The notes under the pieces: model-generated
Databases searched by the model: none
Told to the model about the DNA's origin: nothing
The model's input: only the letters and a program-made list of their open reading frames with translations
DNA from: the human T2T-CHM13v2.0 reference genome, Homo sapiens
Length of the DNA: 64,000 nucleotides
NCBI RefSeq assembly: GCF_009914755.1
Contig: NC_060935.1
Direction: 5' to 3' (one strand)
Position numbers and translations under genes: made by a program
Part shown: piece after piece, positions 13,578-27,207 of the stretch
Numbering within the stretch: position 1 is the stretch's first letter
Layout: each line of letters begins with the position of its first letter

Positions 13578-15010
13578 ATGAATGACAGTTGGGTGGATGG
13601 ATGGATTAATGGATGATAGATGGATGGATAGAGATGGAGATGGATAACTGAATGATGGATAATGGATGGATGGATAGATGGATGGATGGATGGATGGATG
13701 GATGGATGGATAGATTATGGATGGGTGAATGGGTGGACGGATGAATAGATGATTGATGGGTGGGTGGGTGGGTGGATGGATGGTGGAGAGATGAATGATG
13801 GTTGATGGATGAGTGGGTGGATGGATGGGTGAATGAGTGGATGGACAGATGGATGGTTGATGGATGGGTAGGTGTGTGGGTGGATGGATGAATGGATGCT
13901 GAAGGGATGAATGGTGGATGATGGGTGGGTGTGTGGATGGGTGGCTGATGGAAGGATGAATGATGGATGATGGGTGGGTGAGCAGGTAGGTGGATGGATG
14001 CATGCTGGAGGGATGAATAATCAATGATGGATGGATGGGTGATGGGTGGGTAGGTGGGTGAATGGGTAGATGGATGGATGGATGCTGGAGGAATTAATGA
14101 TAGATGATGGGTGGGTGGATGGATGATGGAAGGATGAATGATGGATGATGGGTGGGTGAGCGGGTAGGTGAATTGATGGATGCTGGAGGGATGAATAATC
14201 AATGATGGATGGATGATGGGTGAGTGGGTGGGTGGATGGATGGATGCTGGAGGAATTAATGATGGATGATGGGTGGGTGGATGGGTGATGGAAGGATGAA
14301 TGATGGATGATGGGTGGGTGGAGGAATGATGGATGGATGGGTTGATGGATGATGGGGGGGTGGGTGGGTGAGTGGATGGATGCTGGAGGAATTAATGATG
14401 GGTGATGGGTGGGTGGATGGATGATGGAAGGATGAATGATGGATGATGGGTGGGTGGATGAATGATGGATGGATGGGTTGATGGATGATGGGTGGGTGGG
14501 TAGGTGAATGGATGGATGCCTGAGGGATGAATAATTAATGATGGATGGATGGATGGCCGATGGAAGAATGAATGATGGATGCTGGAGGAATGAATGATGG
14601 ATGATGGGTGGGTGGATGGATGGATGGATAAATGGATGGATGGGTGCTGGAGGAATGAATGATGGTTGATGGGTAGATGGGTGGCTGATGGAAAGATGAA
14701 TGATGGATGCTGGAGGAATGAATGATGGATGACGGGTGGATGGGTGGATGATGGAAGGATGAATGATGGATGATGGATGGGTGGAGGGGTGGGTGAATAG
14801 ATGGATGCCGGAGGGATGAATAGTTAATGATGGTTGATGGTTGGATAGGTGGATGATAGATGGATGGGTGGATGGTTGATGGGTGGACAGGTAGGTGAAT
14901 AGATGGATGCCAGAGGGATGAATAATTAATGATGGATGATGGATAGATGATGGAGGGATGATGGATAGATGCTGGAGGAATGAATGATGGGTGGGTAGAT
15001 GGATGATGGA
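13578..15010. repeat. ~1.4-kb (GGAT/GGGT/GAT)n compound repeat with higher-order units
   Basis: direct reading; recurring gctggagggatgaataat and gctggaggaattaatg modules. Confidence 0.96.
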
Positions 15011-16244
15011 AAGAAGAAAAGGAGGGAAGGAGGGAGGATTAGATGGGTGTTTGGGTCCTAACTCAGAGCTGCGGGGAACTCTGCATTCTGCCACGATGGC
15101 TCCACATCACAGCCTGGTGCCAAGTTTTTGCCTTTCCGGTGACAGACTCCATGGCTTCTCCATTATTGTTCTAATCAGTGGCAGGAGCCCCACGTGCCTG
15201 ACCCTGGATACCTCACAGGGCAGAAATGAAAGTGCAGCCAAGGACATTTCAATGACATTTTCCTGTGCTGAGCTGGAGGGTGGGCAGAAGAGAGTGTAGG
15301 GAAGTTTAAGCAGGAGGCAGGTCTGGGCAGGGCAGCCATCACTCTTGGCCTGATCATGGGGCCACAAACATGTAGGAGTACTTGGGAGCCCCTTCCTCCA
15401 GGACCGTGGGTGAGTTCACACCTACACAGAACTGAACCCCAGGTGAGCAAGGCACGCCCCCAGAGCTGTCTTTGGATGTGCAGAAGGTGTTCTGGTGGGC
15501 AGCTGCTGCCTCCCCCTGCCAGGGCACTGGAAGAGTAGGACCACCTGGGCCCTGTCGGGGAGAGGGGTGGCTTGGGTTGTGGGGGATTGATTCCAGGTGT
15601 GGACTGAGGTCTGCTGCATCCCTGGGCTGGACTAGGAGCCACAGAGCCCAACATGTCATTCATCCATCCATTCATCCATTCATTCAACAGTCACTTAGTG
15701 AAAACCCACAGGCCCTGTTGGAGGCATGGAGGGTGAGAAGGACCAGACAAACCTGGTCCCTCTGGTGTCTCCATTCTAGAGGGAAGGGCAACGGGCAAGG
15801 ACATACACCAATTAAAGATTGCATCCATGTCACCAAGGGCCGGTGGCAGCCATGTGAGTCCTGGCAGGGGGTTTCGACAAGAGAGACGCCTGAGGGTTGT
15901 TGGGATCCCTCCAGGGTCCGGATGCTGGAAGGCTCCCAGGTCACAGTGACTGGAGCCGCCTGGCTGGCCTTGTTCTCCAGCCCACAGCCCCCATGGCTGG
16001 ACGCCCCCCTGCCTGCTCACCCGGGCTAAGGTGCCACCTTGGATTCCTTCCAGCACTTCAGTTGGATTTCTTTGCCTTGACAGTGCAGAGTGACTGATGT
16101 CGCCTCTTGGCAGAAAGAAAAGTCCACCGAGGTCAAGCGGTATATGTAGAAAGCTGGGGGTAGGCCCCCTCCACACGTCTGTCAGAAGGTGGTGGGAGCC
16201 ACTGAGGGCGGGTCCCTCCTCCCCCGGTGCAGAGCTTTGTCCTT

Positions 16245-17830
16245 TCTCCCTGTCCCTGTCTCGCTCCCTCCCTCCTTCTCTCCCCGTCTCCCTCCCCCAC
16301 TTCTCTCTGTCCATCTCTCTATCTCTGTCTCTCCATCTGCCTCTGTCTCTGCCTCTCTCTCCATCTCCCCCATGTCTCTCTGTCTGTCTGTCTGTCTCTC
16401 CATCTGCCTCTGTCTCTGCCTCTCTCCCTGTCTTCCTCCCCCACCTCTCTCTGTCTGTCTCTCTGTCTCTGTCTCTCCATCTGCCTCTGTCTCTGTCTCT
16501 CTCCCCGTCTCCCCCACCTCTCTGTCAGTCTCTCTGTCTCTGTCTCTCCATCTGCCTCTGTCTCTGTCTCTCTCCATCTCCCCCACCTCTCTGTCTGTCT
16601 CTCTATCTCTGTCTCTCCATCTGCCTCTGTCTCTGTCTCTCTCCACCTTCCCACCTCTCTCTGTCTGTCTCTCTGTCTCTGTCTCTCCATCTGCCTCTGT
16701 CTCTCTCTCCGTCTCCCCCACCTCTCTGTCTGTCTCTCTGTCTCTGTCTCTCCATCTTCCTCTGTCTCTCTCTCCGTCTCCCCCACCTCTCTCTGTCTGT
16801 CTCTCTATCTCTGCCTCTCCATCTGCTTCTGTCTCTGTCTCTCTCTCCATCTCCCCCACCTCTCTGTCTGTCTCTCTATCTCTGTCTCTCCATCTGCCTC
16901 TGTCTCTGTCTCTCCATCTCCCCCACCTCTCTGTCTGTCTCTCTATCTCTGTCTCTCCATCTGCCTCTGTCTCTGTCTCTCTCCACCTCCCCACCTCTCT
17001 CTGTCTGTCTGTCTCTGTCTCTCCATCTGCCTCTGTCTCTGTCTCTCTCTCCATCTCCCCCGCCTCTCTCTGTCTCTCTGTCTCTGTCTCTCCATCTGCC
17101 TCTGTCTCTCTCTCTCTCCGTCTCCCCCACCTCTCTCTGTCTGTCTCTCTATCTCTGTCTCTCCATCTGCCTCTGTCTCTGTCTCTCTCTCCATCTCCCC
17201 CACCTCTCTGTCTGTCTCTCTGTCTCTCCATCTGCCTCTGTCTCTGTCTCTCTCTCCATCTCCCCCACCTCTCTGTCTGTCTCTCTATCTCTGTCTCTCC
17301 ATCTGCCTCTGTCTCTGTCTCTCTCTCCATCTCCCCCGCCTCTCTCTGTCTCTCTGTCTCTGTCTCTCCATCTGCCTCTGTCTCTCTCTCTCTCCGTCTC
17401 CCCCACCTCTCTCTGTCTGTCTCTCTATCTCTGTCTCTCCATCTGCCTCTGTCTCTGTCTCTCTCCACCTCCCCACCTCTCTCTGTCTCTCTGTCTCTGT
17501 CTCTCCATCTGCCTCTGTCTCTGTCTCTCTCTCCGTCTCCCTCACCTCTCTCTGTCTGTCTCTCTATCTCTGTCTCTCCATCTGCCTCTGTCTCTGTCTC
17601 TCTCTCCACCTCCCCACCTCTCTCTGTCTCTGTCTCAGTCTCTCTCCCTCTTTCCCTCCCTCCCCCTTCTCTCTCTCTGTCTCTGTCTCTCCATCTGTCT
17701 CTGTCTCTCTCTCCCTCTCCCCTACCTCTCTCTGTCTCTCTCGCTGCCTCCCTCCTTCTCTGTCTCTCCATCTGTCTCTGTCTCCCCCCTTCCTCCCTCT
17801 GTCTCTCTGTCTCCTCCTTCCCTCCTCCTC
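16245..17830. repeat. ~1.6-kb CT-rich minisatellite, ~70-bp unit, about 20 copies
   Basis: ccatctgcctctg recurs every ~65-75 bp. Confidence 0.96.
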
Positions 17831-19380
17831 ACTCTCTGCCGCATCTTCCACCTGTCTATGGCATAAATCAGCAGCTTGACTCTAGGTGAGAGGAGGAAGC
17901 TGCCCAGGTTAGCGATGGCTGCTTTGCTTTTGCAGAGGTGTGGCTCCGCTTCATCAAGGTTTGCTGGCCGAGGCTTCCCTATGTACACAGTAAAACTGTG
18001 GCCTTTTCATCGTTATCTGCCTAAGGAAACGCACTGATGCAGAAACACCCTGTACCTTTCGCACATCACTAACTCGCATGAGCCCATCTGCCTTCTCTCC
18101 ATGCCCTGGGAGGAGAGATCGCATCCTTCAGTGTAAAGGAGGAGACAGGGATGGGGGAAGGGGTCTGCCCAGGACTCTCGATTCGGGGGTGGGGGAACCT
18201 TCCCAGGGCCGCAGACAAGTCACAAGCCCCTCCAACCATGGCCATGCTTAGCTGCAGGTGAGGCTGGTGGTTTCGGGGGGCTGTGCGGCAGCAGGCGGCC
18301 CCTCTATGGATCTCAGGAATACGCCCTCCACCTGTGAGTTTGGGTGGGGGCAGCCGTGGGTACACCTGCACTGTTTCCCCTCCCTGTTTGTCAGCGGGGG
18401 GTCTCTATAGTGCACAGCCCGTGTTACCCCAGAGGAGACGCTCAGGCACGCGAGGCTATGTCAGCTGTGGAGATGGCTCACACTCACTTCCTGCCCTCCA
18501 GGCACTGGAGGAGTTATGGAGGCTCCAAGGGGTTCCCTCGTCCCCCAGCCATGACCTTGACTCTGAGTTTGGGAGGCAGCTTGGCCCCAGAATGGGCTCT
18601 GAGCTGAGGAGGAGGGCAGCTGCCCCACCTCTGGCTCCTGGTGGGCAGCTGCTCTGTCCCAGGACAGCCTCTGGGCCCCTCAAGGTACCTGAATCCTGCC
18701 TTCCCTGAGTGTGGCCCTGTAGCCCTGGGCGGGCATGATGTATGAGCCTGGGCTTTGAGTTGAGGTCTGTAAAGCATTAACCACCCACATGCGCGGGTTT
18801 ATTTTTTTATTTTTTTACTAGCAGTCCTAACCCAGCATCTTCATCAGGACACCCTTTACATGTTCACACAAGGCTTCCAATCCACCAAACTCATTACTGT
18901 CCCTGCCCAAAGCCTGGGGGGGTAACAGGGTGTGTGTCAATTTCACTTATTTCATGAAGAGCTGTTTTAATCAGACAGCCCATCTCAGGAGATAAACCTC
19001 GAGTATCTTTGCATCCCGTGAGAGTTTTTAAAATTTCACCACTGGTATTTCTCTGCTCAAAACCCTGGTGACTTTGTGACCTTTATAAAGAATGGTTTGG
19101 TGTCTGATGGGGATGACCAAAAACCCTAAAGGTAAGAAGCCGTACAGCGTCTGGCCCATTTAGATCAATTCCAGGTCAAATCACAAAGAGCTCACATTCC
19201 ATAACCTGCCAGAAGCTTCTTTCCCATCCCCACGTTCACAGCCCACACAGCCCACTCTCAAGAAGTGTTTATGGGATGAATGAATGATGTCACGGAGGCT
19301 CAGTCCCCGCAGCTCTGCGTTCCGGGGAGCAACCTCGGAGTGCCACATTGTCACCAACCCCACTGCTTCCTCCCCCTCAG

Positions 19381-19445
19381 CTCCTGTACGAAGAGTGGGC
19401 ACGCTATGGAGTTTTCTATAAGTACCAGCCCATCGACCTGGTCAG
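19381..19445 (+). CDS. ANO1: ANO1 exon 9, [21 protein letters not shown](R)
   Basis: cctcag|CTCCTG...GTCAG|gtaaga; 65 nt. Confidence 0.97.
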
Positions 19446-19772
19446 GTAAGAACGCGCCACAGCCTGCGGGAATCAAGTCCCTACTCCGATGGCAGTCGGA
19501 TAACATCCCTGTGGGTTTCAACCGCTCTGAATGTTCAGTACCCGGGAACGTGTTTGAACTCGAAGAGCTTGTGTAGGAAGACCCAAAATGTCCCTGCAGG
19601 GCTGAGAGCCTGGGCCAGCATTAGATGAAGCAGTTTATTCAAATTCCCTGGAGGTCGGGCCCTTTTCAGTCACATTTACCATCTCCTAAATTCACTGCCT
19701 GGCCTGGCCTCACTGGGCGGCTGGAGGGGTTTCCGGATTTGAGACGTGGAGGGGAAGGAAAGAGCTGCCTCA

Positions 19773-20909
<1,137 letters not shown>

Positions 20910-21090
20910 TCAGAAAAGCAGAGAGCACCCCCAACCTGATGGGGCGGCCCAGGACCCCACTCTCTGCTTCTGGGATGAGGGAACCAGTGCCCCTGGTTTG
21001 AGTTGCTCTTGCTGGGGAGGGCCTGTGACATGTTTCCCTGCTAGTATTGAATGACAGTGGGCTTGACTCTGCTCTGCTCCCCTGGTGTAG

Positions 21091-21225
21091 GAAGTATTTT
21101 GGGGAGAAGATCGGCCTGTACTTCGCCTGGCTGGGCGTGTACACCCAGATGCTCATCCCTGCCTCCATCGTGGGAATCATTGTCTTCCTGTACGGATGCG
21201 CCACCATGGATGAAAACATCCCCAG
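21091..21225 (+). CDS. ANO1: ANO1 exon 10 (TM1), [15 protein letters not shown]...DENIP(S)
   Basis: gtgtag|GAAGTAT...CCCAG|gtaggc; 135 nt, phase 2-2; anoctamin [14 protein letters not shown] signature. Confidence 0.98.
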
Positions 21226-21572
21226 GTAGGCGGCAGCCCACCCCCACCACCCCGCAGTACACAGAGGAGCCCTCTCCTGCCATCCCAGCTGCACAATTCA
21301 TTGGGACACTGGCCTCTCACACCAATTCCTGTACACATGAAACCTCACGCCAAGCCACGAGCCGTCAGGAGGAAAGGACATGGTTCGAAGCCATCTAGGA
21401 GTCTGGGAGTCCTTCTCAGGCCCATCTGTGCTAGGCTATGTTTTATTGTTAAGAGAAAGGCATAAAAGAAACATCTGACCATTTTCATTCTTTAAAAGTT
21501 GTTATGGTTGGCTTGTTCTTTTTCACTGTTGGTCATTAGTGACAAGAAAGTTTTCTGTTTCCTTGTGTGGCC

Positions 21573-22399
21573 GGGAGGTGAGGCATGAATGCTAGGGGCT
21601 TCAGTGTAGGCTGGTACTTGCGGGAGGTGAGACATGGATGCCAGAGGCCTCAGTGCTGGCTGGTGTTCGCGGGAGGTGAGCATGAATGCTAGGCTTCGGT
21701 GCAGGCTGGTACTTGCGGGAGGTGAGACATGGATGCCAGAGGCCTCGGTGCAGGCTGGTGCTTGCGGGAGGTGAGCGTGAATGCCAGACTTTGGTGCAGG
21801 CTGGCACTTGCGGGAGGTGAGACGTGAATGCTAGAGGCCTCGGTACAGGCTGGTGCTCCCAGGAGGTGAGACGTGAACGCTAGAGGCCTCGGTGCAGGCT
21901 GGCACTTGCGGGAGGTGAGACATGAATGCTAGAGGCCTCGGTACAGGCTGGTGCTCCCAGGAGGTGAGACGTGAACGCTAGAGGCCTCGGTGCAGGCTGG
22001 CACTTGCGGGAGGTGAGACATGAATGCTAGAGGCCTCGGTACAGGCTGGTGCTCCCAGGAGATGAGACGTGAACGCTAGAGGCCTCGGTGCAGGCTGGCA
22101 CTTGCGGGAGGTGAGACATGAATGCTAGAGGCCTCGGTACAGGCTGGTGCTCCCAGGAGGTGAGACGTGAACACTAGAGGCCTCGGTGCAGGCTGGTGCT
22201 TGCGGGAAGTGAGACATGAACGCTAGAGGCCTCGGTGCAGGCTGGTGCTCCCAGGAGGTGAGACATGAACGCTAGAGGCCTCGGTGCAGGCTGGTGCTTG
22301 CAGGAAGTGAGACATGAATGCTAGAGGCCTCGGTGCAGGCTGGTGCTCCCGGGAGGTGAGATGCGAATGCTAGTGGCCTCAGTGCAGGCTGGCGCTCGT
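21573..22399. repeat. 49-bp tandem repeat (VNTR-like), 17 copies, with 98-bp dimer alternation
   Basis: unit gggaggtgagacatgaatgctagaggcctcggtgcaggctggtgcttgc; unit starts at 21812, 21861, 21910 ... 22351. Confidence 0.97.
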
Positions 22400-22677
22400 G
22401 GGCTGTACAGTAGGTTCCACCTGCCCAGCTTCCTAAGGCTGCCTGCTTCCCTTATCTGCACGGCCCCGAGAAATTCTGCAGGAACTGTTCCATAAGGGAG
22501 GATTGCATCCCACAGCATAGGCAGGCATCTGAATGTAGATCCGATGTGCCTTCTGCTGTTCACCAAGGGTATGTCAGACGTCAGGGAGCTCGGAAAAGAA
22601 GGCCCAGACCTGAGACAGCCTCGCCTCGCTCAGGGGCCCAGTTCCCCCACATGACTCCAGAACAAGAGTCCAGTTTT

Positions 22678-22836
22678 GCCTGGTGCGATGGCGCATGCCT
22701 GTAATGCCAACACATTGGGAGGCTAAGGTTGGAGGATCCCTTGAGCCCGGGAGGTCGAGGCCACAGTGAGCCATGGTCTCACCACTGCACTCCAGCCTGG
22801 GGGAACAGAGTGGGGCCCTGTAGCCAAAAAAAAAAA
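22678..22836 (+). mobile_element. Monomeric Alu (FAM/FRAM-like)
   Basis: single ~160-bp arm with A tail; TSD-like aagagtc(c/a)agtttt on both sides. Confidence 0.8.
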
Positions 22837-24692
22837 GAGTCAAGTTTTGAGAAGCTCAGCCTCAGTGTGCAGAGTCCCTCTGGTGCTTGCTTTTGTAGCT
22901 GTTTCTTAGATTTCCTGACATGAACCTAAGGATAATTCCAGGCTCCCAACCTCTGGCAGGGTTTCTATGCCGACAGGCAGTGCCTTCAGCGTGCAAATCG
23001 CTCCGCCAGGGAATTGACTATAAAGGGGAATTTGGGCTGACCCTGCCCTGCAAGGGCTCCAAGTCTCAGAAAAGCCCTAAAATGTTAGTTTGGTTATTTT
23101 TCGAACCACTCCTGCCAAGTATCTCTAAAGCAGAGGTATAGTTTAGAAAATGTATCCACTGAGCCTGTCTGTAAAGACCCAATCAGTCTTAGGAAAGAAA
23201 CTGACTCTTTGCAGCACAAAAAGACCATATCTGGTCAATTTTTGTTTAAGTGATGTTTTGATACATGAATAACACCTAAAATATTCCACCCCACCCCCAC
23301 CCCCGAATCAAAGCTCTGAGGAATCTGGCTTATCTCCCTTTTGGTGTTAATTTGGTCCTAGGCAGGAGAAAGGTTTCCCTTTGTTTGCTAATATGGTATG
23401 AGGTCCTGGGCACTTGGGTTTGGTTGTGGTAAAGATCAAGGTAGCCCAGACTTGGTGGGGATTGTAAGGCTGGCTTTAGGCTAGGAGCTCAAAGCCGGAG
23501 GGAAATGGTGAGTGTAAGGTGAGGATTCTCCCCATGAGCCCTGGAGGAAGCCTGGGGGACCTCCATCTTCCTTCCTTCCTTCCCTTGGAGGGTGGCCCCA
23601 GCAGGGAGGCTCTGCCAGCCCAGGGGTTGGCCATGCCAGCTCAGCCCTTCCACCACATGGTCAGAAATGCAAACAGCAGTTACTCAGGATTCAGCCGCTG
23701 TGGGCGGAGATGAGGCCAAAGCCAAGGCCTCTGCCCAGCAGGCGACCTGGAGTGAAGCGGGAGGTGCGTGCTCCCTGCAGCTTCCGCCCCATCCCCACCA
23801 AGCTTGCAGGGAAGCCCCAGCATGGAGCCGCCTGCTGCCCTTGTACCTCCGGTCCTCTCTGAAGAAGAGAGCTTCCTGCTCTTTGTATTTTGGCTAAAGG
23901 CGGTGAAGTGAGAGGCGGAGGGGGATTTAAAACCAGCAGAAAAAGGCTTCTTGTTGGGCTGATGGTGTTTGTGCGAGAAGCTGAGGTGGGCAGGGAGGAG
24001 AGCCTAGGAGAGCGGTAGGGCTCATGGGCAGGCCGTTGGTGTACGCCTTGGCCCTGCCTGTCCCCAGTCCCACCACTGTGGACTCCAGGCCATCCTCAGT
24101 CCAGGTGGTCACTGTGGCCTGGGCCACATGCTGGCGATGACGGGGATGGCCTTCCACATGCCTGTTCTCTGGAAGAGGGGCTCGCGTTGTGCCCAACTGG
24201 GGACGTCCTGCCCCCAACCCCCCAAAACGCTGCTTTCTTCTGCCCTCAAGAGGCCCTCAGAAGAGAGGAGGCTGAGTGAGGGGCATGAGATAAACCCCGA
24301 AAGGCCGGCTCCTGGCTCGTGTTTAAAACTCACTGCTGCTGCAAAGTGCTTGGCTATTGCATAATAATGACAACAGCGTTGGTGACCACGTGATGGCCGA
24401 GGGGTGCCAGGCACTGTTCCAAGGGCCACACTCGTGTTGGTTGTTGGTTGTTTAATCCTCCTGACAACCTATTAACACGGCTTCTCTTCACTATCAGCAA
24501 CCCCATTCTGCAGCCGGGAAAACTAAGGCCACACGGATCACAAAATGCAAGAGCTGAGATACAAACCCAGAGCTAGCTGACCGTAGAGTGCAGGTTCTCC
24601 CAACGGCTGTGTGTGCCTACTCACCCTGCCCGACCCCTGCTCCCATGCACACACACACACTTCCTCCATGCTCCAGGCTGTGGCTGCAATGA

Positions 24693-25072
<380 letters not shown>

Positions 25073-26207
25073 TAGGGACTGTACCTGAAGGAAGAGAATT
25101 GAACCAGAATGCCCATGATGCTGGGCACAGAGGAGGCCCTTCAGAGCCTTGCAAGGGACGTTTATTAAGCACCAGCTGCTGTGGACCAGGCATGGTTCTG
25201 CGCATAAGTTCAGCATATCCAGAAAGTCAAAAAACAAACACCCACTTCAGCATCCCCCCACATCACCCTCCGACCCAACCAGCCAGGGTGTGTACTTAGA
25301 GCCCAGAGCCTTGTCCAAGGCAGCAGAAAGGAGAAAGTTCAAAGCAGGCCAGAGCAGGAAGGGACCTTATTCTGACCCCTCCTCATTTTCCAGAACGAAA
25401 AACTGAATCTGAGGCTAAAGGACTTGGCCAGGGCCACGGAGGGTATGAGTAGTCAGTTGAGGGCCCAGTTCAGGCCACCCAACTTCCACAAGGAGCCCCC
25501 CATGGCCCTTGAGCAGTAGATGAGAGCCGGCAGTGCTTGGGCTTTGAAGATACACACAGACCAGGATTCCATTCCCACTCTGCTGCGTGGCCCTGAACAA
25601 GTTACTTCCCCTCTCTGGGCTCTGGGATTGCAACAGTCCCCAGTGCTGGTCCAAGTGAGGTGGAACATCTGTGCCTGCCAGTAATGAGGCTCCTGCTCTC
25701 GCCGCCGATAGCCTGGAAGTATTAGTATTTTCTAATATTAGTGGGAGTAAGTCAGTGCTGGGGAGGAGGCACAGAGATGAGTCTCAGGCATCATGAAGAT
25801 CCTCTCTCCTGGCCACAGTAGTTGGGATCTGGCCCCAGGCTCACCTGTGCTCAGCAAAGCAGAAGCCTGCACTGAGCGGGACCCATCATCCCTGGCAGGC
25901 CCCCCCGGCTTCCCGAGTGAGCCTACAGGGTGGGCCTCCGCTGCACCGGGCAGCTGGGGACCTATTCCTTCCGGCCCAGCCCCCGTTCTCCCAGAGAAGA
26001 GTCCTGGGATCCCCGTTTCTCCACCTCCTGTGTCCAGAGCACCCAGGCCACGTCCAAGGCAGCCGCCCCACCAGGCGGATGGAGATGCTGTGTGAACCGC
26101 TCATAGACGGCGCCTGGCACAGAGCAAGGGCCCTCATCATCTCACTGTTTTCCAAGGCCTTATAACATAAAGACCTGGCTAGCATTTGCTATTGGCACAA
26201 GCCTTGA

Positions 26208-26789
<582 letters not shown>

Positions 26790-27046
26790 TAAACCAAGCA
26801 TGAGGCCCTGCTGAGCTCAGGGCTGGTGCAACAGCATGGGTCACACGCCTGTGAAGCTGCCCTGGATGGCAAGGAGGGACAGGGCATGGCTAAGCACCCG
26901 GCTTATGTCCACTATGGCATGGACCTGAGGGACCCTCGCCAACCCCCAGCTTGGGCCCAGCGCTTTCTCCCAGGCCAGCTCGGCACCCAGGAGGTGCTCC
27001 ATCATGGCCCAACAAGGTGACTCCAGGGCTGCCCCCTCTCTTGCAG

Positions 27047-27207
27047 CATGGAGATGTGTGACCAGAGACACAATATCACCATGTGCCCGCTTTGCGACAA
27101 GACCTGCAGCTACTGGAAGATGAGCTCAGCCTGCGCCACGGCCCGCGCCAGCCACCTCTTCGACAACCCCGCCACGGTCTTCTTCTCTGTCTTCATGGCC
27201 CTCTGGG
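27047..27207 (+). CDS. ANO1: ANO1 exon 11 (Cys-rich extracellular loop, start of TM2), MEMCDQRHN...FMALW
   Basis: ttgcag|CATGGAG...TGGG|gtaagc; 161 nt. Confidence 0.98.

Noticed and set aside
13404-15094. His/Pro/Ser/Ile-rich minus-strand ORFs
   Set aside because: Translations of the (ATCC)n repeat
16097-17889. 529-589-aa ORFs on both strands (Leu/Ser/Cys-rich and Arg/Glu/Asp-rich)
   Set aside because: Stop-free by composition of the CT repeat; all three + frames are open and there is no gene structure
21573-22399. CRISPR-like regular array
   Set aside because: Head-to-tail units without unique spacers, no cas genes, primate intron
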